64,000 bases of DNA from positions 608,001 to 672,000 of the forward strand of contig JAXHMY010000001.1 of NCBI GenBank assembly GCA_034520965.1. The letters are read 5' to 3'. A program made the translations under genes and the position numbers. Of this stretch, positions 50,477 to 60,675 are shown one piece after another; position 1 is the first letter of the stretch; each line of letters starts with the position of its first letter. This stretch comes from Spirochaetia bacterium. Its GTDB lineage: Bacteria; Spirochaetota; Spirochaetia; DSM-16054; Sediminispirochaetaceae. Below the pieces are notes generated by a model that had not been told where the DNA came from, ran no database searches, and worked only from the letters and a program-made list of their open reading frames with translations.

Positions 50477-52251
50477 AAATTACAATTAATAACATTACAA
50501 CAGAGGTAGAAGAGGGAACTACGGTGCTGGAGGCAGCCCGTAGCGTAAATGTAGATATTCCCACCCTTTGCTATTTAGAGGGGATGGAACCCCTGGGAGC
50601 CTGCCGTATGTGCGTAGTCGAGGTCAAAGGGGCAAAAAACTTGGTAGCATCCTGTTCTACGCCGGTACGCGACGGTATGGAAGTCAGCACCAACAGTGCT
50701 CGTGTGCGTGATGCTCGCCAAACGGTGATACAGCTTTTGCTGAGCGAGCATGAGGGGGATTGCCAGCTCTGCGAACGGGGGGAGGACTGTGAACTGCAGG
50801 ATCTAGCAAACCGAATGGGGGTAAAGGAGATTGCCTTTGCCGGGCAAAAACCCACACAGTTTTTTGATGAAAGTACGCCGGCACTAATACGTGACACCGG
50901 CAAATGCATCAAATGCCGGCGCTGCATGGAGGTCTGCAAGGCGGTACAGAATGTAGGTGCTCTGGCCGCTCAAAACCGAGGCTATGCAACGGTAATTGGC
51001 CCGGCGTTCGCACAAGACCTGGATACGGTAGTATGCGTACAATGCGGACAATGTGCCGCAGTCTGTCCGGTTGGCGCTATTACCGAACGCACTCATATTC
51101 CCCAGGTATGGCATGCTCTGGATAACCCGGAGAAGCATGTAGTGGTTCAAACCGCCCCTGCGATTCGTGCGGCCCTGGGTGAATGTTTTGACTATCCCCC
51201 GGGAACCCTTGTAACCGGTAAGATGGTAAGCGCCCTCAGACGCCTCGGCTTTGACGGAGTGTTCGATACCAACTTTGCCGCCGACCTGACCATTATGGAA
51301 GAAGGCACAGAGCTGCTGACGCGGCTTAAGGCGGTACTGGCGGATAAGCAAGAGGCAGCACTGCCACAGTTTACCAGCTGCTCACCCGGCTGGATATGAA
51401 TATGCCGAGCATTTCTATCCTGAATTTCTTTCAAACATCTCCTCATGTAAGTCACCCCAACAAATGTTCGGGGCAATGGCTAAAACCTATTACGCCGAGC
51501 AGAAGGGTATTGATCCGAAGGACATAGTGGTGGTGTCGGTGATGCCCTGTACCGCTAAAAAATATGAGGCCCAACGGGAAGAGATGAATGACAGCGGCTA
51601 CCAGGATGTTGATTACGTGATGACCACCAGAGAACTCGGTCGAATGATAAAAGAGGCCTCTATAGACTTCCATAAACTAGAAGATGACAAAATGGACTCA
51701 CCCCTGGGCCTTTCCTCCGGCGCGGCGGATATATTCGCAAATACTGGAGGGGTAATGGAGGCAGCCCTGCGAACTGCTTACGAGATAGTTACCGGACGTC
51801 AGCTGCCGATGGACAACCTCCACGTTACACCGATTATGGGGCTTGAAGGGGTAAAAGAGGCGGCCCTGACCATTGAAGAGCCACTCGAAGACTGGGCTTT
51901 TCTCGAAGGGGTAGAGCTGAGGACCGCCGTAGCCCATGGGCTGGGCAATACGAACACACGACAGAGCTTCTCGACCGTATAAAGGCCGGAGAAGCTGAGT
52001 ATCATTTTATAGAAATTATGACCTGTCCGGGCGGCTGTATTGGAGGCGGAGGCCAACCCCGTTTTACCACCGATGAAGTACGTAAGAAGCGAATAAAGGC
52101 CATCTATGCAGAAGATGAGGGCAAAAAACTGCGAAAATCCCACGAGAACCCTGCCATCCAGGAAATCTACGAAAAGTACCTTTCCAAACCGCTGGGGGAA
52201 CGCAGCCATCACTACCTGCATACCAAGTACACCGAACGCTCACGGGTATAG
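50473..52251 (+). CDS. hydA: [FeFe]-hydrogenase catalytic subunit, two frameshifts (near 51397 and 51950)
   Basis: [2Fe-2S], His-ligated and 2x[4Fe-4S] N-terminal domains; H-cluster P1 FTSCSPGW, P2 MPCTAKKYE, P3 EIMTCPGGCIGGGGQP; small-subunit RKSHENP...LHTKY. Confidence 0.92.
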
Positions 52252-52317
52252 CAGCTTCATGGGCGCGCGCCCTTAGGCGCAAGGATTAAACTATAAATTA
52301 GAAAAAAGTGGAAATCC

Positions 52318-52354
52318 AAAAAGGGCCGACTGAAAGTTTCAGCCGGCCTTTTTT
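52318..52354. terminator. Intrinsic (bidirectional) terminator after hydA
   Basis: A5-G-GGCCGACTGAA-agt-TTCAGCCGGCC-T6. Confidence 0.8.
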
Positions 52355-52409
52355 ATCTTTTTTAAGTTTATCAACAACCTAAGGCGGCACAATTTAGTGT
52401 ACACAGTTG

Positions 52410-52551
52410 CAGCTATTCTCATTTTGGATAGTGTAGTTACACTATCCAAAATGAGAATGCCCCGAACTTTGGGTGTATGAAAGTTTTGCCAAAGAAACTG
52501 ATGCGAATTCTAAGTCTGGAAGTCATTTGACTTCCAGACTTAGAAACGCTG
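52410..52551. repeat. Composite double-palindrome element (REP/BIME- or MITE-like)
   Basis: Perfect palindromes at 52415-52458 (21-bp arms, GT loop) and 52508-52545 (18-bp arms, TT loop); outer ends CAGCTATTCT / AGAAACGCTG. Confidence 0.8.
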
Positions 52552-52570
52552 ACACAGTTGTTTCTGCTGT

Positions 52571-53907
52571 CTATTTCTTCTCATCCGGGGTTTCATTCTG
52601 TTTATCTTGTTTGTCTTGCTTGTTAGGAGCTTCAGCTTCCTGCCCATTAATAGCCTGCTCCGAGGAGTTTGGATCGAGATCAAGCTCCTGCTCTTTTTTG
52701 GTTTTCTTTGCAGCAGTGGAATTGGCCGCACTTTTTTGCTTTTTAGGCGCAGCTTTTTTGGGCTTCGCGGTTCCTGCAGATGTAGAATCCTCTTCACTTT
52801 GTACCATTCTGCGCAACTCTTTTATCCGGTTATTGTCAGCTGTAAGATCGTCCCTGATTTGTTCGACTTCCTGTTTCTCTTCAGAAATCTTTTTCTCCAG
52901 ACGGGCGATGTGCTCCTCTTTCTTCTTCATATCATCCTGCAGTTCTTCAATTTCCAATTCGGATTGCAGAGTATTTACCTTATCCTGGTGCTGTTGCTTT
53001 TGTTGTTCCAGCTCGCTTATTCGGTTCAGCACCATCTGCTGTTCTGCGTCCTCGGAGACCTCAGTGGAAGGCTGTAAAAGATACACCTTTCCAACCTCCA
53101 TCTGCTGTGTGTAGAGCCGTTCCTGCTGCTTCTTAATCTCGTTATCAAGCTGTTTTAAGGCTTTCTCCGGCGAGGCGCTGGAAGACTGAGCCTCAATCTT
53201 TTGATTCAGCTCTTCTTTCTCCTGAGCTAAAGTTTCTTTCTGCCGGCGGCGTTCTTCTCGGCGTTCTTCCTGTTGTTTTATATTGGAGGTAGCGCTGCGC
53301 ACCTGTTCATCAGGAATTTCTTCGACTTTCTCGCTTTTCAACAAGCTTTCACCCACATTTGTCAGAGCAGTATCACGCTTTTTCTCAAGACGAACTATAC
53401 CACTTTTCAGAAGTGTGATTTTTGCTCCTATTGGTAACTTCTGAAACACATTTTTCTCATCCTGGGCGAGGGATAAGCTCTGAACCGCGCGTTCTTTTTC
53501 ACTTAATTGTGCATCGATCCTGTTTATTTCTTCAAAAATTTCGTCGAAGTCTTCAGTTTTTAGAGAACCAGTACGATACACCCGATAGGCATGGGACCCC
53601 AAGCTGGTAACCATCTCCGACCGGCTTTTTTCAAAAGTCTTATCCTCTTCGTCCAACTCCTCCAGCTGCTCATCCAGCTGCCGCAATCTTTAAGGGCGCT
53701 TCGAATATCCTCACGGCGGTTTTCTTTGGCTGCTATTTCAGACTGAATTTCTTTCCCCACTCCAAAGGTCTCTTTTAGGACCTCCTGCGGGCATTCATCA
53801 TTTTGCAGTATCAAACGACCTAATTCTGCGGTCTGACGCTCGATCGTCACATCAAGCTCATCAATAGCACTTTGGTGCTCGTTGATCTCTGACTTACGTT
53901 TATCCAT
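52571..53907 (-). CDS. Long coiled-coil hypothetical protein, frameshift near 53690
   Basis: ORFs 53560..53907 and 52571..53686 overlap, both E/K/Q-rich heptad sequences; GGAG RBS before 53907. Confidence 0.65.
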
Positions 53908-53931
53908 ATATTTCTCCTCCTGAACTAATAA

Positions 53932-54309
53932 CTAAAGGACTCCTCGCTCTACTACTTTTGACATAACATAGGTAAGAAGAGATTCGTCCAACTCACTACC
54001 GAAGTCCGCCACAATTTCCCCCATCTGGCGCCATTGCTCACTACTGAAGGGATCACGGCGGTCATCAAAGGATTCCAGCAGCAACTCTGTAAGATCCGGA
54101 AGTATCTCTGCTTGCTGCAGCAGATCCGCCTCAGAGGGAGGCTGTGAAAAAAATATGACTTCAAACAGTTCATCCAACATTCCAACCGGAAGCCCCCCCA
54201 AACTGTATACAAAGTCCTTTTTCAACCTCGCTTTTTTTTCCTCTACGGACAGCGAAGGACTGTGTACTGTACTTTGAACACGTTTGTATAAACGATCACC
54301 TGTATCCAT
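53932..54309 (-). CDS. Hypothetical protein
   Basis: 125-aa ORF with GGAG RBS, co-oriented with neighbours. Confidence 0.6.
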   Translation of the reverse strand: MDTGDRLYKRVQSTVHSPSLSVEEKKARLKKDFVYSLGGLPVGMLDELFEVIFFSQPPSEADLLQQAEILPDLTELLLESFDDRRDPFSSEQWRQMGEIVADFGSELDESLLTYVMSKVVERGVL

Positions 54310-54410
54310 TCGGACTCCCTTTGTAGCCTAAATCTTTTAGTCCCTTTAAATGTAATACCGCTGGAACTTAATCTCAAGGTAATTTTTTCATTCCTGGAGG
54401 TTCCGCTTTA

Positions 54411-55688
54411 TTAGTTTTCAAGAATCGTAATTTCTACTCGCCGATTCCTCCGCATCCCCTCGATAGTTGAATTATCAGCAATTGGCTCTTCGGCCCCTTT
54501 CCCTTGAGTGACAATTTGCTCCGGATCACGGATATCCCTATTTAAAAGGTAGTTACCAACCACCCGTGCCCGCTGCTCCGAGAGACTCTGGCGGCCCTCC
54601 TCAGTACCGGCTAAGGCCGTATGCCCGGTAATTAACAAATCACGGTCCGAATAACGTTTCAATATTTCGGCTATTTGATTGAGTTTTTGCTGTTCCCCCT
54701 CCAGCAATTCAGTAGAATCCGGGGCAAACTGGATATTTTCTAAATCTAGGGTTACCCCCCGTTCATCAACCTTTACAGTGGTATCTTTAACTCCCCCTTC
54801 TCGCAGCCGCTGTTCTACCTCTTCAGCAACTTTATCCCGGTCCATAGAAGTAGATTCGATCACTTCAGCCCGGGCAGTACCGGTAAACTCATACTGATCT
54901 CCTGTAGAAAGTGAGAAGATCATGCTGAACTGTTCGGTATATGCATGGGGGCGGCCTTTTTCATTATCCCAGTAGACCTGCTGATCTGAAAACCCGGTTA
55001 TTCGGACGGGATATATAGAAAACCTTCGAAAATAGTCCGAAGTCCGGTGCCGCACTGTATACTGAACTGAAATCAGGTCGTACTCTTTTTCGTTATACTC
55101 TCCTTCCTAGATAACGATATTTCGCTTCGAAGGGAAAACGAAGAGGTGCGGGAATACCATACCCGTTCCGTAAATCGTGTACTTCCTCCCCTCGAGCCGT
55201 CCAATCTTCTCCTACCGTAACTTCCCTTTCGGGGAAAATAGGCACATTCCGGACTACCGGCATATAATAGGAAGGATCTATATCGTAGCGACCCTTAGAA
55301 TCCCTCCAAAAGCGGGAGAAATAATTTCGATTCATTTCATACACAGAAACCTGGCCGCTTCTTTTCTCTGAAGTACTAAAACGCCCCTCTAAAAGCCCCT
55401 TTTCTTCCTCGTATCCTTAATTTCCACTGAAATTCGGTTAAGAATCTCCGCCTGGTGGCTGTACTGTCCATTTACATACACCTCTTCATCAACTTGTGAA
55501 AGAATCCTGTACTTATCCCCCTCTGAGTACTTAAAGGTAAACTCTTCGGCCCCAAGCAGAGACACTCCGAATAATAGTAGAATTGGGAGTATCCCAGTTT
55601 GCCTTTTCAGCTTAAGCCTTTTCCGGTTATTGCAAATAAAAAGCATATGCATGTGCTCCTTCATTATTTTTCCTTTCTTGACAAACAT
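54411..55688 (-). CDS. OmpA-family protein split into three ORFs by frameshifts
   Basis: C-terminal NIQFAPDS...GHTALAG...LSEQRA...RNRRVEI; signal peptide in 55389..55688; middle in 55093..55344. Confidence 0.8.
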
Positions 55689-55742
55689 ATAGACTGCAGA
55701 TATCTTTTAATATACCAATGTAGTGATTCATAGGATACCACT

Positions 55743-57333
55743 GTGTTACAATTTATCATGCGACACCATCCAACAGAAAAAGTGCAATCTTTGCTTACAT
55801 CAGCCGGTTACCACGAAGCAAGCCCTCTTCAAGAAGAGTATGTGCCCGCTGCCCTGCAAGGGAAAGACCTAATTGTGGAAAGTATTTCGGGCGAAGGGAA
55901 AACCGTTGCTCAATTGTTACCCTTCTTTCTCCAACCCAAAACCCGTAAAAAGGCTCCGGCTTTCCTGATTCTGGTCGATACCGTTGAAGCTGCCGGTAAA
56001 TATGAACGGGAACTTTCCCGTTTTGCCTCAGCAAAAACAAAGATTAAGCAGTCGGCAGTGCTTGGAAAAGAGCCCCAGGCAAAGCATGAATTGCGAACTC
56101 TTACAAAACGTCCTGGCCTTATTGTCGGCACTACCGGCCGTATCATTGACCACATCCGCAGAAACAACCTCCGTTTAAACCACCTTAGTACGGTACTTAT
56201 TAACGTCCCTGAAAACGGCAACCATACGGAGTTCGCCCGAGATGTGGAATTTATAATGACAAAAGCTCCCAAGAAAGTACAGACTGTTGTCTTCACCCCT
56301 GCAGTAGAAAAAGCAGAGGAACTTTCTTATTTGTTGAAACGCCCTGCTACGCTGACAGCTGCCGAGCGACAATCAAAACTACCGTCATTACACATCTACA
56401 AATGTCAAAAGCGTACCCCCCCCATGCTTAGTCAGCTGATTTTCGGTTTAGATCTCTCCCGTGTCCTGCTTGTTACTGCAACCACAACCGAATCTCGGCA
56501 AGTTCAGGACAGCTTACAACACAGCGGTATATCCTGCTGCCAGGTACTTGGGCATGAGATAGAAAGCGGGTCTCACTCAGCCCTGCAGGAGTTCCCACAG
56601 CTCCCTGATACGGAGCAGACAGTGCTGCGCTGTGAAATCACTACTTTTCAGGATGCACCTCGCATCCAGCTTTCAAGTTTTAAGGCCATACTTTTTTACG
56701 GGCTGCCCCAAAACCAGTAATCTGTTTGAAGAAATTGGCCGGTCAGCCGCATTACAAAGGCCTGCTCCCTCTTTTTCAATTTTAGTTTCCGAGGGAGAAT
56801 TCCAGAAATTAGAGACACTACAGGAGATACAAAAAATGAAAACCAAGAATGAAGCTCTTCCTGAAGAAGAGGAAGTTTTAAAAGGAAAATTAAAAAGCAT
56901 TGTTACTCAGATTAAGGAAGAAGAGAACCCCGAAGTATTGAATCGCTATAAAAAGCTTATTAAAAAAAGCGTACCCTTTCATTTACGCGGCTATGTAAGC
57001 GCCTATTTTTTCAAGAAAGCCCTTGAAGGCGGGCTTGAAGGCCAGCTCAGCCGGAGGGCACAACCGTCTTCAGAAATGCAGACTATTTTTGTCAGTATTG
57101 GCAAGAACCGAAAGGTCTTCCCCCGCGATTTAGTTCGGCTGTTCAGGAATAATCTTGAAATTGATCAGAGTGCAATTGGAAATATTAAGGTTCTTGACAA
57201 CTATTCATTTGTAGATATTCCACAAAAAGTTGCACAAAAAGCAATTGAAAAAATGGATGGTATGGAATTCCGCGGAAGGAATGTTACCGTAAACTTTGCT
57301 AAGAAAAAGGATAAAAAGAACACGTCCCGGTAA
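55743..57333 (+). CDS. Degenerate DEAD-box helicase-like protein with DbpA RNA-binding domain, frameshift near 56706
   Basis: Q motif GYHEASPLQ, SGEGKT, GTTGRIIDH; C-terminal IFVSIGKNRKVFPRDL...IKVLDNYSFV. Confidence 0.75.
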
Positions 57334-57359
57334 CGCGATGATTCACTAACGCGACAGGA

Positions 57360-57394
57360 AGGAGGCTGCACGAAAAATGCAGGCCTCCTTTTTT
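57360..57394 (+). terminator. Intrinsic terminator
   Basis: AGGAGGCTGCA-cgaaaaa-TGCAGGCCTCCT followed by a T-run. Confidence 0.65.
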
Positions 57395-57408
57395 ATTGGA
57401 CCCTTTTC

Positions 57409-58620
57409 TTATACCAGGAGAAAGGAAAAAAGCACAAATACAAGCAGCTCTGTGATTCCAATACCCACGGCGAGGATGCTTAAACCCAGCAGTTCATATC
57501 GGACCGCCCGTTTCTCACACTCAGCAAGCAGTTGAAAGGGACTACCGGGTACCGCTATCATCTCCGCCATAGGGTCGGACGGACGCTGCAGTTCCTCGTT
57601 TGAAAACAGATAATACTTATGTCCAATCAACTTCCACGGAAGACTCGGCTTTATAAAATGAATGGATCTATTATCCGCTTGGGACGTCATTTCTTCTAAG
57701 CTCTGAAATCTCGTCATAAGGTACTGTTCACCAGTTTTCAGGAGAGCGGCCTGCCTTAAATTCGAATTTGATTCAAAACTTTCTTTTTGATGGTGAAAAT
57801 GCATAAGAGGCACTCGTATAAGATCGCGCTGAGCGCGCAGAACTCTCCCTCTTTTCCAAAGGCCGCGGTAGTAATAATAAAACAGCACTGCAGGAGGGAA
57901 TAAAGGCACCACCGGAATCAAAGAGAGAGAAAGAGCTATTATTGCCGGTAAAAGCAGTTTGGGAAAACTCATAAGGATGTAAAAATAGATAAACAATGAA
58001 AAAGAGCCAAGAATCAGTGAACCGGGAGTTAAGGAGTTCCAATACTCGTTCTTTTGTCGGCCGCTCCATACCGCCCGAATTATTATATCTTGCGGCTCGC
58101 CCTCGTAAATGATAACCAACAAAGGATGCTCAGCACTGTTCTTAAACACGCCACGCTTGTCTCGCCATTCCAGTTCACCACTTAAAAAAACCTGTGTGTA
58201 CTCCGGCAAGGAGGAAATCTTTTCCCACAAGACCTTCCGGGGGGGTTGAACAGGGTACTCCCTGTATCCACTCTCCACCCAGGAACTCTCCTCAGAAAGG
58301 ATATACACAAAGACCCGCTCCAAATCGGCACTTGCCGAAACCTTCCCGTCGGAAACCCAAATAGTGTTATCACCCTGCATAGCCTGTAGATGTCCAAAAA
58401 AACGGTATTTTCGCTCCTCTGCACAACTTTCAGCTTCCGCTTTTCGCAATTCCTTGTAATCCAGAGGAGTGTAAATTGCAGACTCAGTAAGGCTGCGGCG
58501 AAACCTACGCCAACTTCTTCTGATAGCAAAAGCACCAATTCCGGGTATGAAGACATAGAATAGCAGGGCAAAGAACAGAATACCTAACAGATGTAACAAA
58601 ATTAGTGGTTGCAAAAGCAT
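57409..58620 (-). CDS. Hypothetical membrane protein
   Basis: 403-aa ORF with N-terminal, central and C-terminal TM segments. Confidence 0.6.
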   Translation of the reverse strand: MLLQPLILLHLLGILFFALLFYVFIPGIGAFAIRRSWRRFRRSLTESAIYTPLDYKELRKAEAESCAEERKYRFFGHLQAMQGDNTIWVSDGKVSASADLERVFVYILSEESSWVESGYREYPVQPPRKVLWEKISSLPEYTQVFLSGELEWRDKRGVFKNSAEHPLLVIIYEGEPQDIIIRAVWSGRQKNEYWNSLTPGSLILGSFSLFIYFYILMSFPKLLLPAIIALSLSLIPVVPLFPPAVLFYYYYRGLWKRGRVLRAQRDLIRVPLMHFHHQKESFESNSNLRQAALLKTGEQYLMTRFQSLEEMTSQADNRSIHFIKPSLPWKLIGHKYYLFSNEELQRPSDPMAEMIAVPGSPFQLLAECEKRAVRYELLGLSILAVGIGITELLVFVLFSFLLV

Positions 58621-58647
58621 ATGTTTTACCTTACTCTAATACCTACC

Positions 58648-59315
58648 ATGGTCGATAGAATAGTTACCGGATTAATGAACACTAACACCTATCTCTTTTC
58701 TCACTGGAAGAAGGGATGTATTATTATTGATCCCGCCGGTAATGTTGATGAAATCATATCACACATCGAAATAAAAAACTTTACACCTTTGGCAATAATC
58801 TGCACCCATGGGCACTTTGATCATATTGCAGCCATCGCCCAGCTGCGCGATTACTTCCAACCGAAAGATGTTGAACTACCTATTTACATTCATAGCTTTG
58901 ATAGTAATTATTTCGGCGAAAATGGGCGAGAACAACACCTGCAGGACCTCTCACAGCTGGGAGCAGAGTTTCACCCCCTCTTTCACAGCTTCTTAGAAAA
59001 TTTGCCGGAAGCCGATATTCTCTTGGAAGAAGGGCAGCTTATCCTGGACACAGACCTACAGGTCATCCACACTCCGGGTCACACTCCGGGAGGTATCAGT
59101 ATATATTCAGAAAGTGATCTAATTTTGTCTTCTCGGGGGATACACTGTTTTTTGAAGGAGTTGGCCGTACCGATCTTCCCGGAGGCGACTCCGACCAGCT
59201 TCGAAGCAGTATCCTGGATAAATTGTTTACCCTGCCCGACGAAACCCGTGTATTTCCAGGTCATGGTCCTTTCACAACCATCGAACGAGAAAAGAATCAC
59301 AACCCATTTCTTTAA
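58648..59315 (+). CDS. MBL-fold metallo-hydrolase (glyoxalase II-like), frameshift near 59128
   Basis: THGHFDH, HTPGHTPG; after the shift SGDTLF..GVGRTDLPGG...FPGHG...ERE..NPFL. Confidence 0.88.
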
Positions 59316-59317
59316 TT

Positions 59318-59743
59318 TTACGCACTTAAGCTGAAAACAATCCCCTGCATCCCGCCAAGCTTCCCATATGAAGGCTCGAGTTGAGTAAAAGAGTGCAGCC
59401 GGTCGGCATTTCCCTGCAAAAAGGTACTAACATTTTCACTATCTGCAGTAGATTTCGAGGCTTCCAGGGATGCAATCATCGAATCAATGCGTGCCCTCTG
59501 TTCACTGTTTCCGGAAGAGGATTTAATACTGACAAGCCTGTCTATTACCTTGTCAATAATCCGCAGTTTCGATAGAGAAACCCCCTTATCTCCGCTGGCG
59601 GGAATCCCTGTAACGTGCTTAAAATGAGCGTATATTGCCTGATTTGCTTTCACCGGAAATGCGATTCTGCCGCTGCTGTAGCGGGCCCGCATCAGATACG
59701 AAGGATTGACAGTGGGCTGTGTTGAATTACTTAACACCTGCAT
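59318..59743 (-). CDS. Hypothetical protein
   Basis: 141-aa ORF with GAGG RBS; possible sigma28-like promoter upstream. Confidence 0.6.
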   Translation of the reverse strand: MQVLSNSTQPTVNPSYLMRARYSSGRIAFPVKANQAIYAHFKHVTGIPASGDKGVSLSKLRIIDKVIDRLVSIKSSSGNSEQRARIDSMIASLEASKSTADSENVSTFLQGNADRLHSFTQLEPSYGKLGGMQGIVFSLSA

Positions 59744-59827
59744 AATTTTACTTCCTCATTATTAATAATCGGTAAAAATGGGAAGTCTTTAACTATTTTT
59801 TAGAAGGAAATATATCTATGCCGACAG

Positions 59828-60190
59828 TTAGCGATTACGTCTCTCGTCATTATTTTTGCAATCGATACACATCAAAGCGTAAGGGATAGCCTCTAGACGC
59901 TCAATCTTTATCTTCTTGCCGCAGCGCATGCACAAACCGTATCGGCCGTTTTTTATCCGGGAAAGGGCTGAATCAATCAATCGCATCCGTTTAATATCTT
60001 GCTCGTTCAGTGCTTCGAGTGTCTTGCGGTCGATATCATCCGCGGCAATGTCCGCCAAATCCTTTGGATCGAGGTCGTCAATCAACGATTCAAAATCTTG
60101 ACTTTCAGATATTAGCGAACGGACAATCTCTTCCTTCATTTCATGCAGTTTTGTCTGCATCTGTGCTTCAAATTTCTTATCCATATGCAT
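59828..60190 (-). CDS. dksA: DksA/TraR C4 zinc-finger protein
   Basis: DLADIAAD, YGLCMRCG...ERLEAIP...CIDCK. Confidence 0.88.
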   Translation of the reverse strand: MHMDKKFEAQMQTKLHEMKEEIVRSLISESQDFESLIDDLDPKDLADIAADDIDRKTLEALNEQDIKRMRLIDSALSRIKNGRYGLCMRCGKKIKIERLEAIPYALMCIDCKNNDERRNR

Positions 60191-60229
60191 TCACCTCGCC
60201 CCGATATGTATCCCTTCTGTGAGCATGTG

Positions 60230-60258
60230 AATATGACGCATATGATGAAAAAAGTCAA
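60230..60258 (-). promoter_or_regulatory. dksA promoter
   Basis: Minus strand TTGACT-N17-CATATT. Confidence 0.55.
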
Positions 60259-60262
60259 CTAG

Positions 60263-60394
60263 TTTAGGTTCTTTCAAAATTAACATTTTGAAAGAACCTA
60301 AATATAAGGTCGTATGATTAATTATTTATAAGATAAATAATTAATCATACTAAAAGTCTTGGCACTTCAAAAATCTTTGATTTTTGGAAGTGCC
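60263..60394. repeat. Three tandem unrelated palindromes
   Basis: 60263-60302 (18-bp arms, TAAC loop), 60312-60350 (18-bp arms, AAG loop), 60361-60394 (15-bp arms with one bulge, TTT loop). Confidence 0.9.
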
Positions 60395-60398
60395 TGAG

Positions 60399-60427
60399 TT
60401 GACATTTCAACGCTATTTCTCTACTAT
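60399..60427 (+). promoter_or_regulatory. infA promoter
   Basis: TTGACA-N17-TACTAT. Confidence 0.7.
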
Positions 60428-60456
60428 GATTACCAATAGAAAATGAGGGAGAATAC

Positions 60457-60675
60457 GTGGCAAAAGAAGAGGCAATTGAAGTAGAAGGCATAGTTAAAGA
60501 ATCTCTTCCCAATACTATGTTCCGTGTTGAGCTGGACAATGGGCATCTCATTCTGGCCCATCTTTCGGGCAAAATGCGAAAACACTACATCAGAATTGTT
60601 CCTGGTGATAAAGTAAGGGTCGCCCTGTCACCTTACGACCTTACCCGTGGTAGAATTATTTATCGCGAACGCTAA
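60457..60675 (+). CDS. infA: Translation initiation factor IF-1
   Basis: [11 protein letters not shown]...[13 protein letters not shown]...SGKMR...[13 protein letters not shown]. Confidence 0.98.
   Translation: MAKEEAIEVEGIVKESLPNTMFRVELDNGHLILAHLSGKMRKHYIRIVPGDKVRVALSPYDLTRGRIIYRER

Noticed and set aside
51394..51402. TGA in hydA as selenocysteine or read-through
   Set aside because: The downstream sequence (YAEHFYPEFLSNISSCKSPQQM) is in a different frame, so this is an indel, not a recoded stop
52473..53114. 213-aa plus-strand ORF and similar long antisense ORFs (e.g. 25267..25914, 15852..16502)
   Set aside because: Shadows of well-supported genes on the opposite strand, with no recognisable motifs
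53548..53572. CTTCAGTTTTTAGAG resembling the palindrome family
   Set aside because: Lies inside a coding region and is only a half-site; likely coincidence
60263..60394. Palindrome stack as a CRISPR array, attC cassette array or terminators
   Set aside because: Units are unrelated to each other, lack paired RYYYAAC/GTTRRRY ends and cassette ORFs, and lie upstream of both flanking promoters
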